Shown: positions 18,410-32,222 of the stretch, one piece after another
Numbering within the stretch: the stretch's first letter is position 1
Layout of the letters: the number at the start of each line of letters is the position of its first letter
Assembly: GCA_964016885.1 (NCBI GenBank)
Contig: OZ024742.1
Span: 98,766,001-98,830,000 of the forward strand
From: Eledone cirrhosa
Taxonomy: Eukaryota
DNA length: 64,000 nucleotides
Reading direction: 5' to 3'
Program-made: the position numbers and the translations under genes
The notes under the pieces: generated by a model
What the model was told of the DNA's origin: nothing
What the model saw: only the letters and a program-made list of their open reading frames with translations
Databases searched by the model: none

Positions 18410-18927
18410 ATTACACAATTAACAACGCAATATAATTTTTCCATTACCGTTTCAGGAAACTCGACAATGTTAACAGAGACGGTAAATGGTATAATTATGT
18501 TGTTTTGTTTATTATGTAATTAAATAGCTATGTACCATAAATAGAGCACTCTTCTTTCCTTTACCTATTCTACGGAAATATTTACATATATATATATGAT
18601 ATATATATACATGCGCGCACACACATTCATCCGCGCACACAAGGCACCAAAAAGAACCCACAAACATACAAACAGTCGGAATCAACGCACATCTATCAAT
18701 TCCGTCACATCGGCAGACACCCAAAAACAACCATGGCACCGATAGACACGCCATTTCTGCCAGCAACCCCAATGTCAGACCTCTCACCTATCTGTTCTCT
18801 ACTTATCCAAACTTTCTTGATGAAGCATTTCTGACCAAAATATCGAACTGTCCTCCACATCCACCAAGCGTGAAACCTAATATGACTTTTCCTTCGTGCT
18901 TCCCTGTGTTTGCTTTGTTTCATTTAT

Positions 18928-19006
<79 letters not shown>

Positions 19007-19007
<1 letters not shown>

Positions 19008-20700
19008 CGATGATATTTGCGTTCTCATCAGATAAAATAGGAGGACATGATATGACGCTTAAAAAACACTTGCAAGCAGTGAAGTTTTAAATCAACATAT
19101 GAAAAATAAAATAAGATGGATATATGAGATTGGAAAAAGGAAAGGAAGGGGGAATGAAGATGTAAGGAAGAGGAAGAAAGAGTATAGATAGAAGAAAAAA
19201 TATGATAATAAGGAAAGGATGACGGAGGAGAAGTATAAGAAGGAAGGATGAGTGAGGAGGAGAAAATGAGTGAGACAGAGAGAGAGATAACCTTTAATAC
19301 TGAGAAACACTGTCTCACAGAGAAAAATGTAAAAAAAAACGTAAGATAATACATAATTTAAAAAATTAAGAGATTAAAAGTTAATGAGGTTTATGAATGG
19401 TGATGCTTATGATTAAAGAAAAAGGAATTAAGAATACTATTTATTTATGGTTTATATATTGAAGGGTTTAATAAGATGTGCAAAAAGGAATTTATTAAAA
19501 TCTATTATTAAAATAAAATATATTAAGAAGATAAGGTGAATGAAGATAAGGTTAAATGAATTATGAACTTAGAGGAATTAATTAGCGTCCAAGTTTGTTT
19601 CTATATATTGTAATAGGAAAAAGTAAATAATACGAGCATGGAAGGAGAGCAGAAAGAAAAAATTCAAGGAAGAAAAAATATATAACGTCAAAAAAATATG
19701 TTTACAAAATTTCTCTAATGGAAATATTAGTATATATTAAAAATAAAAATGTGTATGGCCGCGAATATAAGAAAAATGCTATAGTGAGTTATAAGATGAA
19801 TTAACAAGTAATTGAGGAGTAAAAGTTGCAGATTAAACATTAGAAATTAAAAAAAGAAGAAAATTAGGGGACCGCTAACGACATAGTATGAGTAATATTG
19901 TATAATATACTGAAATAAGGTAGAAAGATGGGTATATTTGTAAAAAATATAAAAGCGTTTGAGAAAAAAAGATTTTAAACTAATTAGGTAGTAAGATATT
20001 AGCTGTATACTTTATGGAAAGTTCTATAGGATTTATGCAAGCGGAGCGAAAATAAATCCGTACGTCTAATTATTATAGAATTAAAATTAGAGATAATGGT
20101 AATTTCTCCGCTGGGCAGAGATTGCAAGTTCTTGGTATGGAAGAATTAGGGTAAGGAGAACCGTTGCAAACCTTTCTCCAAGAAATGTTGTAGTTAATAA
20201 TTTTGTCCTTTAACGACGATATGAGTTCTGAGAGTGATGTATTAGTACTTTTAATTTGGTATTTAAAAGAAGAATTGTGATTATACAATTTTGCTTTAAA
20301 TGAAGTGGATGTGGAACCAAAATAGGTAAAAGAATTAGTACCAGTTATAACCTTACATTCATACACTAAATTGTTATCAAGGCATTGGTTACTAAGAGGA
20401 CATTTAGTTCTAATTACGATTAGAGAAATTACCAGAGTTATTAGCAAGTGACGCAGTATTATTTATAGAAGGAATTGTATTGGAGAAGTTACTTACGATC
20501 GTTGCTAAAGTTTCCTGATTTAGATTGGTATTATGAACATTCGACAAAGTCACGTTTGACGTCGTATTTAAATTTACGGAATCTAGCCTAGAGTTAACAT
20601 TGACGTCGGGCTTACTATTGTTATTATTATGACGCTCAGTGTTGGATGTATAAGATTTATTACTTAATATTATAGTATTATGTTTTGAGATAATGTTAGA
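19007..20700 (-). mobile_element. Naiad-type Penelope-like element 3' part: GIY-YIG remnant, AT-rich 3' region and truncated hammerhead pLTR
   Basis: ORF 20073-20447 reads CPLSNQCLDNNLVYECKV..YFGSTSTSFKAKLYNHNSSF..LS..LK..ISW..CNLC..EKL. Segment 19007-19105 is homologous to 41775-41872 and includes CTGATGA. Confidence 0.75.
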
Positions 20701-20780
20701 TATGTTGGAGGTGGTGGAATAAGATAATTTAATTGTATGCTTATTAAAGATCTTACTATAAATATGTGAAGGAGGGAAGC

Positions 20781-20826
<46 letters not shown>

Positions 20827-21027
20827 AGTTCTTCGAAAACGAACGCGAGATTAGATAGAATATTGTTTTTGCCTACATGGCTTGAATTCCCATGAATAGA
20901 TATTTTTTTCTCACTTAGATTAAACAGGCAAAACACCAGAGTGATAAGACACAACTTAGCCTTACGAAAATGAATTCTTCTTCGGTATTGAATACTCTTT
21001 TGTCTTATACAACAACCACACATATAT

Positions 21028-21094
<67 letters not shown>

Positions 21095-21095
<1 letters not shown>

Positions 21096-21570
21096 TAGCT
21101 GAGGTCCCCGGTAATACCCGGGAGTGGGGGTATTCCCAATTCCCATTAAAATGTCCAATGCCTCTCGGACCAAAAAGAAATCAAAATATACGACAGATAA
21201 TCAAACAATAATACAAACAAATATTATTGATTGCGTTGGTCAGGCGAAACAATTTTTGTGAGAGATATTGAGTGTTGCTATAGGGAAAAAAAGTGAACCC
21301 CCATTAGGGTGTCTTATTATTATTGAAATTTGCTGAAATTTTTTGAATAGGGATCCTATCTTGTCATTTACCTATGGCTTAAATTTCATATAAATCGAAG
21401 AGGAAAATGTTACAGCGTGGGTATTCAGCGGGAGTTTGAGCCCCCGGGGAACCCTTTGATTAGAATAAAATATATGTAACACATCAAATGGGTTTTAGTC
21501 CCACACACATGTCAAGTTTCGTCGAGACTGGTTTGGTAGTTTTTGAGTTTTAGGTTATAAATATATATAG
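21095..21570 (-). mobile_element. Non-autonomous Helitron-like element
   Basis: CTAG terminus at 21095-21098 with the adjacent hairpin cccggtaatacccggg. The other end (ttataaatatatatag) is less clear. Confidence 0.6.
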
Positions 21571-21571
21571 T

Positions 21572-21775
21572 TGTAAGGTTGCAGTTAAATGCGTCCGTAG
21601 GCGGTATGCCGGTTCAGCACACGCTGATCGTGCAGAGCACAGTGTAATATTATAAAGAACGAGGAATCAGTGTTCTATCATGTCACATTTATTATCATAT
21701 TACATATGTTTCTCCGCCGATCAGCTCAAGGCAAGATGTGTTACAGATCAAACCCGACTTCAGATCTGTTGTTTA
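21572..21775 (+). mobile_element. Partial copy of the TGT...ACA family
   Basis: tgtaaggttgcagttaaatgcgtccgtaggcggtatgccggttcagcac..gaatcagtg..tttatt..tttctccgccgatcagctc aligns with 17512-17700. Confidence 0.7.
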
Positions 21776-21829
21776 TAATATTATGTTAATATTATGTTCT
21801 TTTAAAATCATATATATATATATATATAT

Positions 21830-21920
<91 letters not shown>

Positions 21921-22466
21921 TACATCGAAACTGGGTTCGGATTCATATTTTCTTTTGGAAGCACTGAGTCAACCCTCTGCGAAACGCGCGTAATAGATCG
22001 ATACACAATAATAAAACTAAATACATGTAAATGAATCTTCATTCTTTTTTTTTAATTACCTGAATTCTCTGAAACACATACGCGATGTACATACATATGT
22101 GTGTTTCTATGGGTCTTATATTCCCCTTATAAATACATAAAAAAGAACATACGTTCATATATGTATATACGCGTTTCTGTGTCTGTTCGCGTCTCTGTGT
22201 TTGGTTTTCTATATGTCACTGAACGGCTGTATGTGTGACCTTTGCGTGTGTATATGTGGATGCTTAAGTATACAAAATATGGTCGCTGTCACTTCTGTTG
22301 TGTTATGAAAGGGATGTCAAGTGTAAGAAGTCCTCGTTCGACATGAAAGGAAGGAAAACTATATATATAAGGACAATGTAACAAAATTATACAATGCGGA
22401 ACTAAAATCAAAGACTTAGCTTTGTAAAAGAATTATACTCCCCTTCTAACCGCCTTCATCCTCTTT

Positions 22467-22513
<47 letters not shown>

Positions 22514-22595
22514 ATGTATATATGTATACATGTATCTATGTGTGTATATATATATATACACATATAGCATCTCCGCGCATGAGCACACTATTCTT

Positions 22596-22629
<34 letters not shown>

Positions 22630-23148
22630 GATATATATATATATATATATACACAAATGTGTATATATTTTTATGTATATATATATACGGTATGTATATG
22701 AAAATATTCACATACATACATACATAAATGCCGTGTGATAATTTTAGATTTTCTCTAAGAACTCTCTGTATTCTTAGAACGTGTAAACAATGTCTGCCTA
22801 ATGAATAGTTCAATGAATTCCTGTTCTTAAAGCCAGCTCATTAGACTTCGAAATTTATCACCTGCAACAATTCATTGTAACGTATATATCTATATTTGTA
22901 AATTCTGACGTGGACTAAGATGAAATTTTCTCACACATACATACTTACATTCATACACATATATATATACACACATAGATACATGTATATATACATTCAT
23001 ACATACACACATACATACATACACACACACACATATATATATATATATACATATATACATATATATATACATATATACATATATACATACATGCATGCAT
23101 ACATATATACATACATACATTCACACATACATAGATACATGCATTGGT

Positions 23149-23193
<45 letters not shown>

Positions 23194-23527
23194 TACATGC
23201 ATACATAATTACATACATTCATACAGAGATTCAAATATCATTCGTACGTATGTATATATATATTTACATGTATGTATCTGTATATAAAAATATATGCAAC
23301 TATTCATCTATATATATCTTTACATAATAATGTATACAGACATACAAAAACTCAGACATAGATCTATATATATATATATATATATATATTCATGAATAAT
23401 CGTATTAGCCATAAAAATAAAATGGTTAGTGTTAACAGATGAGAGATTACAAACAGTATTATGTGTAAGTGTTCGTATGTCAGTGTGTGTCTGTATGTGT
23501 GTGTATAATTATATATAGATATACATA

Positions 23528-23598
<71 letters not shown>

Positions 23599-25328
23599 AT
23601 ACATACATATTCATATGTATAATTGCCAGAATATACGTGTAAAAGATGTAGAAGAAAATGAAGTGAAGCATTATGGAAGAAAGCTTAGCTGCGAATGTAT
23701 TAAAACTAAGCGGAGAAGTGAGTGGAATATATATTTTCATTTCAACAACGGTTATATATTTAATAAACAAATGACAGCTGATTAAATTTACAAATTGTGT
23801 GTTTATTTCTGTATAATTGTGTGTCGGACCTCCGTCGTTTTCAACGATAACACTTTCACTTGATTGGACAACAGTTCGACCTGCTCCTGAATTTAACGTG
23901 CAAGGAGCTAAACATCCCGCAGAGACATGCACACCTAATATAGTATTCTAGGAGATTCAACATGACACAAAATGTGGCAAGCGTGGCCATTTGGATTTAT
24001 AGGTTCAACTCACTTTTGTCAGCTGATTCCTCTAGCGCAGCTTGAAATATCATGCATTGTTCAAGTACACAACATGCTTATAGAAATTATATTAATAAGC
24101 TTTTGTCGAATACTACTAAACCATGTGAATTTACACAATTTATAGGCAACATAAACAGTATATTTCAACTAAACACCATGAAAGAAAATATTTGCTTTAA
24201 CATTTAGAATATGCGATACATATTTTAGAAGTTAATATGGAATACATATAGGATATAACTGAAATAATATATAGTTATTAATGATTGAATTTGGATTTGG
24301 TTACATTATTTTAAACATATACAATATTATGATAAGCGCAGTTTGGCAAAGTCGTTATGATGCCGGAAATAATGTTTTACACTATTTAATTCTGCACTCT
24401 AATTTATGAGTTAAGTTCTAGCACAAGCCAATTTGCCTTTCATCCTTCGTAGTAGATAAATCCTAATACTGGGTCGAATCTCTAGCTCTTCCATCTTCCG
24501 AAAACAAATCATGTTTGATCAGACGTGAAGAATGATGAGCTCCTCTAGGTATAAATGTCCAAAACATGATGCCTGTAATGACACCATTTCAATTGCATCA
24601 CAAATATGAGGTTCACAGACAGATAGATGACAATATGAATAAAGAATGGAAAAAAATAACGAGTGAGGTGGGTTCCAAATTATTAGGAATTAGACTATGT
24701 AGACACATGTTTAGATGTGTGAATATTTATGTCAGCGTGTATGGAGGGGGGGGGGGCAATGAATAAAGATATAGTTAACTTTTGTGAATGTTGAATAATA
24801 AATATAAACGACAGAGGGAGTGAAAAGGGGAGTAACTAAATTCGAAGTCGAACAAATAGGTAAAAGTATAGGTTAATAAAAGTAAAAACGTACGAATTCC
24901 TTTAATGTACCGATTGGATTAAACTTTAAACTCTTTTTAACCTGTCTGGCTGCGGACTATAAAATCACATTGCGGTTTCAGTCACGTCTTACTGTGTTCT
25001 AATATCGAATGCATAGAAGTAAACATACACACCCATGTACACCAGTTCCGAAGTCCCAATGTTATCATCTTTTGTCTCTCTCGCTTTCTCCATCTCACAC
25101 TATTATGAACAAATGGGGCCCCACGCACAGGCCGCCCCATGGACGCGGCGGACAGAATAGAGAAGGCATTTCTCCGAAGGATGGTGAGGGAGATGCGCTA
25201 AAAGAATCATTCCATCTCACGCGGCTCACACCTGCGGCTAGCCAGATCAGTGCCTATGTTGATGAGTAGGGAAGTAGCCCTAGGACCAAGGACATCAGAA
25301 GCATTCATAGAGATGAGTATGCAATTTC

Positions 25329-25359
<31 letters not shown>

Positions 25360-26939
25360 TGTGTGTGTGTTTGTGTGTGTGTGTATACTTGTATATATAT
25401 GTGAGTGTGTGTGTATACTTGTATATATATGTGAGTGTGTGTGTGTGGGGGGGAGGGGTGCATGTGTGTGTGTATGTGTGTGTACGGTGTACCACATATC
25501 TTCATGCAAGAGTCGAATTTTTCAGACCATTTCATAAGGTTAAATTTATGAGGTTGATTATTACATGGATACTACGTTTGAGGGGCCTGGAATTCAAGCT
25601 AGAATCAAAATCATTGTATCACTAGCAGAAACCCAACTGATCTCTAAACGAATAAAAACGAAAACACAATGAATTGCAGATATACTATATGTTCTATGAT
25701 TCAATACACGTGGCCTTATAAATAACAAAATTCGATATACGTAGCTTTTATAATCCTTTACACTTGCTATTTTACTTGAATCCACCAACCGTAACAAACT
25801 GATGTTCTGCAATCAATTTGTATATTACCATGGGTAATATATCTACTGGTATGACAATACCAAGAGAAAGACCGTGCAAAGGACCGATACATGATCGGCG
25901 TGTTTCACATCACAATTCTATTATTTTCATATCGTCTTTTACTATAAGCACCAAACATTCCAACTATAGAATAGGGGGCATGAAGTTAGGTACACATATG
26001 GGAAAATAATTTATTTCAGACATCTATTTGCTTTAAATTCATGACGATTTCTATGTACAAAATGATAAATTTTACTACAACTTTTGACCAGTTTTCCGGG
26101 AAATGCTAAGGTCGACTTTAATAAGAGATCTACGGAAGATTCCAGATTTTTCTCCCAGATATACGGAATCAGCTATGGTGATATAAAACTATGGAAATAT
26201 AAAAGATACAGAAGCAAAAGCCAACCAAACAGTGAGTGTGTTTTGTTATTATATCTGGCAATATTATTACAACAATATGACCCCCCCCCCAAGTATAACA
26301 ATATATATATATATATATACACACACATTTATTCATGTATACATCCATACATACGTGCATCACTAATTTCCTCTCATGATATGTTTACGAGCCCGAATGC
26401 ATCTGTGCGTAAGGATGTGTCTGTGTGTGCCTATGAGTGAATGAATATTAAACATTTCATGTTTATAGATTGGATAAAACCATTTAAAATATGTTGCAAT
26501 AATTTTTTTGCGTCAAAACACAAATTCACTTGTAAACAAATGAATCTAAAGGAATGTAACCACTTAGTTCTTTTATGGAACCAAACTGCCTTAATTTATA
26601 AAAATGGAGTCTTGAAAGTCTGTTTATTTGATTGACAAAGGTCAGATGTGTAAGTACTGCATAATTCTTGCGGAAATAATGTTCGAATTTGGTTTGTGTT
26701 GTTGGTGTTGTTGATGATGAAGGCATTGTTGATGTTGTTAATAATGGTATTTTTGTTGGAGTAGATGCTGTTCCGTCATGTATTAGTGTTATTATTTTTG
26801 TTGTTGTTGATAGCGTTGTTGCTATTGTTGCAGTTATTGTCTTTGTTATGATGTACAGCCGCACGAAATCTATGTCATGTTGTACACAGAAAATTTTACA
26901 AAAACGTCACACATTGTATGTGAATACAAATATCTTTGG

Positions 26940-27002
26940 TTTCTCCATATAGCATTTCTCCATATAGCATTTCTCCATATAACATTTCTCCATATAGCAT
27001 TT
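26940..27002. repeat. 15-bp tandem repeat, about 4 copies (agcatttctccatat)
   Basis: Directly visible. Confidence 0.9.
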
Positions 27003-27229
27003 GACTGAGTAAGTGAGCAGAAAAATAGCACCGCAGATTCCTACATGTAGACATTACATGTGTAGTGAGGCAATGTTACAAATCGAACATGTTATACTCT
27101 CTATGTTATACTCTGTTCAGTGTAATATATAGATAAACAGCCGCAAATTGACAAAATTGTTAACACGTCAAATAGAATGCTTCCAATTTAGAGTCATGGG
27201 TGAACAAATGACCGAGACAAGACACCTGA

Positions 27230-28150
27230 CACCTGGAATGTTGCCATGCGCTCACTGCCCTCTACCATGCTGGCAATGCGACCCACGGAACATCCACTCT
27301 CATGTTCTATATATGTTCTATATATGTTTAACTGTGGACAAGTGCGACGACGCACTTGTAGAGGCTCTGGGTGTCGACCTGACCAGTCTGTTCCGGAGGA
27401 CATTTGAGTCAAGAATGATGGACAATTTCTAGAAGTTCCAGACTGCCATGCCGGTTCTAGATAATCTCTATAGACACGGAAAGGTGATCACACTGACCTG
27501 CCCGAGTTGCGCACAGAGAGGCGAAACTATTATGTATGCATATGTCCAGTGTTCGTGCATAACTAAGTTGTGGAGTTATGTCGATCAGTTTTTATCGCGT
27601 GTAGGATGGATCAAGCTATCAACTGAGTCCATAGGTAAAACTAGTATAGGCTGTTTGCAGTAGAGAAAGGTGTTATGTGGTGGATCAGGCGGAAAGGACT
27701 GAAGACACACATTTTACTTCAACCAATCTGTCATAGACATTTTCAAGTTTCACTTTAAATGGGAGGTGATGGTGGATTGATAAGTGCTCCCCCACCTCAG
27801 TACATTTCCAAAGTGTTAGGTGAATGTGGCGAGAATGGATCTTTTGAAGGGTCCTAATCTGAGCATACGCCTGTAGGCTGGTTGATTTGAAGAAGAAAAG
27901 GGTGGCCTTCCCAGATGTTCTTGTAGCGTCAGGTGGTTCGGGTTTTGTGGTGTACCTGACTCGCCCCTTTATCGTTCTCCCCTCTATTGAGGAATTTTCA
28001 TTGCTGTATTACTTTTGTTAATTGTTATTGTTTCTATACATAATGTTAATATATATTTTTGTAAAACCCATACTGAGCCCGTCTATTGTATTATCCCCTA
28101 TATTGAGGCCTTTGTGACCAATAAAGAAATCATTATTATTATCATTATAG
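27230..28150 (+). mobile_element. Degenerate L1/Tx1-type LINE 3' end
   Basis: ORF 27448-27663 (PVLDNLYRHG..TCPSCAQRGETIMYAYVQC..LWSYV) resembles the ORF2 C-terminal CCHC knuckle. It ends in aataaagaaatc plus (ATT)n. Confidence 0.65.
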
Positions 28151-28194
28151 AGTCGAACAAAATCCATCGTAGGCTTAGTTACGGCTCTTTACCT

Positions 28195-28340
28195 TCTGAG
28201 TTTAAATCCCATTCAGCTCAACTTTGTTCTTCATACTTTCGGGCTCGATAAAATAAAGTGCCAGTTAAGTTCTGATGTCTATTTCATGGAATTTTCCTAA
28301 AATTACTGGCATTGCACCTAAAGAAGAAGTTATTTTTATT
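28195..28340 (+). mobile_element. Partial SINE copy
   Basis: tctgagtttaaatccc..tcgataaaataaagtgccag..tggcattgcacctaaag. Confidence 0.65.
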
Positions 28341-28347
28341 ATTCATA

Positions 28348-28900
28348 CTAGCAGTGGTACCCGGCGCTGAACGGGATAGGGTAGTTTGGAACGCGGGCCG
28401 CCAAAGGCCTAAAAACTGCATGTCTGGACACAATGTAAAGAAAATAAACCGAATACTCTGATGGCTGGATAATCTTTAAGATTTTCCTTGATGAAGAAGG
28501 AAAAATGCAGGTTTTCACCTAATGCGGGCCCTAGGGGATCAAGAAAATGAATTTATGTGCATAATATGCCTTGAAATTTCGGGAAAATCGGCTTGACGTA
28601 AATCCTCCAAAAAGCCCTAAGAATCTGAAAAATGTAGTTTTTCACCTAATGCGGGCCCTAGGCCATAAGAAAGTTGGATTTTCTTTGCTTACAGTAATGA
28701 AGGAGAGACTGACTCAATACATAGTTACAATTTCAAGGAAATCGGTCCGACGTAACGCCTCAAAAAACCCTTAAAATGTTAAACAACGCTGTTGTTTTAC
28801 CTAATGTGTCATGTGCATAACACTCCCTGAAACATAAGTAATACACATGTAAAGTTTTTAAAATATCGGATGGGTACTTCTCGAATTTTAGCGATTCAAA

Positions 28901-28941
<41 letters not shown>

Positions 28942-29242
28942 CCTCAAGGAAGTGACGTATTGCAGACAGTCAGACATACAGACAGATATTATAAGGGCGC
29001 GACGTTATAAGTATGTATCTATCTAAAAAGAGAAAGACTAAAAATTATAGAGCGAGATCGCTAAATCGGCTTATGTGGTCCCTGGGCATAGACAATTTGA
29101 ATTGTTTTTGCTCAGAACACTCCGTGAAACATAAGTATTACATGTGTAAAGTTTGAAAACAGTCCGTTGGGTGATTCTCGAGTTTTAGGGATTCCTACTC
29201 ACACACACACAGACAGCAATTCCTCAGTTTTATATTTATAGA
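28348..29242 (-). mobile_element. Non-autonomous Helitron with internal subrepeats
   Basis: CTAG at 28348-28351 with a cccggcgctgaacggg hairpin. The minus-strand 5' end is TCtataaatataaaa. Internal blocks ttttcacctaatgcgggccctagg and cactcc.tgaaacataagta are duplicated. Confidence 0.75.
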
Positions 29243-29423
29243 CTAGCCAAGCACTGAGATCTACCCACTCACCCCTCATCCCTTCCCTTGTGCTTAAATT
29301 GTAAGTCATTAATATTATTATTTCTTTAAGAAGAAATGAAATGATACTCTAAAAATCTAAAACTAGCTCTATTTTCAGAGAAGAATGTTCATAGAACATA
29401 TTTAGATTTATCAGCTGATTGCC

Positions 29424-29860
29424 GACTCTCGGTTCTCGAATAATCGCCTCACCCACCCCATCCGCTTATTAATTTTTCAGATTTTTCCAACCCCTCGCTC
29501 TTACCACCACCCCCATACACCCGCTTATTAAATTTTGCTCATCTATCTCCGAAGGAATTTTATTTTAACTGGTAGCATTCCTGCGGAAATTAATTTTCTT
29601 TAGACATTAAAAAACATTATATATGACAAAAAAAGAATATAATGTGTTTCAGTTTCTCAAATATAAGTAGGCCAATCTTGGGAAATGCATACATAACATG
29701 CTATAGGTCAACAAAATTATGTATGACCGTAACCGTAGAATTTTCATAAATTCATTATTTTCAGGATCATAACGAAGTATATTCTTATGGGAGATCAAAT
29801 ATCATGACAGCTGAGACTATACATAATTCCACTCCTACCAATTAAAAACGAGATAATAAA
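29424..29860. mobile_element. Possible degenerate MITE
   Basis: Begins actctcggttctcgaataatcgcc, contains the repeated motif ccgcttattaa, and has a weak inverted end near aattaaaaacgaga. Confidence 0.3.
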
Positions 29861-30017
29861 TATATTCATTAACTTGTACAAATATTTAATTAATCAATTA
29901 CATTATATTTATATATCGATATTTAGTACAGCGTTTTGTCATTTTAGACATGTAAAATTATGCCAGGCTTAATGTGTGTGAGTTTGTGCTGTGGGATATA
30001 TATATATATATATATTA

Positions 30018-30160
30018 CAGAAAAAAGAGAATCAGTGTTGCGATGAAATTAATTTATTGGACATATTACAAATGTTTCTCGGGCGACCAGCTCGAGGCAC
30101 GATCGATACCTGACTCTGAAATCTCTCGGTCGTCGGATTTGTCTCGATTCTACGAAACAG
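30018..30160 (+). mobile_element. Internal fragment of the TGT...ACA family between (TA)n tracts
   Basis: gagaatcagtg..aatttattgg..atgtttctcgggcgaccagctcgagg..cctgactctg. Confidence 0.65.
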
Positions 30161-30195
<35 letters not shown>

Positions 30196-30989
30196 TCAGC
30201 GAGAATCGTATTTTGGCGAGTAGAAATAAGCGAAACGCAATTTCCGATTTGTGTTGGCAAGCGCTCCATGGACCAAAAGAGACCAGAACAATAAACATAT
30301 GTTATAAAGGCCATGCAAACTGAGACGGCGGGGTCAAGAGGCTATCAACCACCTAAGCCAAAAAAAACGAAGCAAGCTAAGCGGGTCAAACAAAGTAAAC
30401 GAATGAAATATTTACCCGGACATTTCGGAAATGATGGTATAATCCAGTACAGGGTTTCTGCGACACCTAAACCAATAATACTCTCTGCTTAAAAAAATAA
30501 GCTTTTGGTATAATGATCGAATAAAGTTATCACTTTCTCAACAGGTATGTTGTTCTGCGCCAACGGTTTCAATCTCGCAGTGTTTTGAAAGCACATATGT
30601 AACTCTACAGGGGAGAAAACCCAAAATTTTGGCAAATGAATACAGTATGTGTAATCGATGCAAAAATTGCAAAAAGAGCACAAATCGAATTAAGCTCTCG
30701 ACCGGGGAGTTTTTAAAATAAACTTAAGCAATTAATCGGTCAATAGAATTATCTAAAAAGATAAGTGGTTAATTGTTAGACTTTATAATATATATATCTA
30801 TATATAATATATATAATATATATGTATGCATATTTAGCAATAAAACCAAAGAAAAATCAGAAGATGCGATTCGGCAAACATCCTGACAAACGCGGTAGAG
30901 GGGCGAATGCCTCTCCATTATATATTCATCGTGCAACACGAAATTTGAGTTGTCTGACTGGAAACAGGTTAACATCGAAACAACGTCCC

Positions 30990-31350
30990 TTAGTGATGGT
31001 GGAAATGATGATGAGGATGTTAATGATCGGGCTGAATACAGTAATGACTATGTTAATCATGATGATCAAGGGCGACGAGGATGGGATTGGGATGATAGTG
31101 ATGATGATAATGATGTTGCTGCTGAGGGTGATGATAGCTGTGGTGGTGTTGGTGTTGGTTTTGGTGATGGTAATGGTAATGGTGGCCGTTGGGTTGATGG
31201 TGCTGATGATGACAATGATGATGATGACGATGGTAATGATGATAATATTAATCATGATACTTTTGATAATAATGATGATGACGATGATGATGATCATCAT
31301 CATCATGACGACGAGGACGACGTGACAACAATGTTGATGCTGGTAATGAT
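30990..31350. repeat. Degenerate (GAT/GGT)n low-complexity tract
   Basis: Directly visible. Similar (GTT)n tracts lie at 26690-26850, 31510-31790 and 32220-32710. Confidence 0.85.
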
Positions 31351-31802
31351 ATTTATGTAGTTGCTTTTCTGTTAGTTCAGAAATAGGTATCATACATTCC
31401 AACAAAGAATGTTCATTGTTCATTCTAAACCTGGATTAGGTCTGTAATCCCAGAAAACACAAGCTCCAAACACATTCTGATCTCACCATTTCCAAACTAT
31501 ACCAACAGTATTATTGCCATTGTTGTTGCATTTTCTTTGTTCCTCTTATGTCGTTGGTGTCCTGGAGATGTTGTTGTTGTTGATGTTACTGTAGTATTTA
31601 TTCACAAATTGCGGTTATTGTTCTTATTGTTGTTGCAGCTGTTACCTTTGTTTTTTGTTGTTGTTACTGTAATTGTTTTTGATGTTGTTAGAGTTGATGT
31701 TATTATCGTTGTTCTTATTGTTGTTGCAGTGGTTGATATTGTATTTGTTAAGTTTGTAGTTGCTGTTAAAGTTGTTTTTGTTGTCATTATTATAGAGCCG
31801 TG

Positions 31803-32222
31803 AGGGCGGTGGATTGGCAGTATCGGAAGAGATTCGGACTTCATGCTTTGCAGCATAGAGTTACGGCCGTTTATGATCTGAGTTCAAATCCAGCCGAGGA
31901 TAACTTTGCCTTTCATCCTTACGGGGTCGATGAAATAAACTGGGTCGATTTAATCGACTTTCTCCTCTCCCAAAATTGATGGATTTGTGCCTACATAAGA
32001 AACCATTATTATAGAGCCGTGGATTGGCAGTGTCGGTAGAGCGTCGAACACCATGCTTAGCAGCATAGAGTTACGACCTTTTGCGTTCTGAGTTCAAATC
32101 CTGCCGAGGTTAACTTAGCATTTCATCGATAAAATAAAGCACCAGTAACATACTAGGGTCGATTTAATCGTCATTTCCCTCCCCCAATTGCTGTTCTTGT
32201 ACCTATATAAGAAACCGTTATT
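31803..32222 (+). mobile_element. Two SINE copies head-to-tail (31803-32010 and about 32013-32222)
   Basis: Both have ggattggcagt.tcgg..catgct..gcagcatagagttacg..tctgagttcaaatcc.gccgagg. The 18-bp repeat cattattatagagccgtg is at 31785-31802 and 32004-32021. Confidence 0.85.

Noticed and set aside
20950-20995. ccgaaga-agaattcattttc-gtaa on the minus strand
   Set aside because: Two core mismatches and no convincing stem I or stem III.
25080-25320. GC-richer island that could be an exon
   Set aside because: No recognisable protein motif or convincing splice pair.
26940-27002. CRISPR-like repeat
   Set aside because: Contiguous 15-bp units with no spacers, in a eukaryotic context.
30822-31423. 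Asp/His-rich or Met-rich ORFs
   Set aside because: Degenerate (GAT)n low-complexity DNA that is open in several frames.
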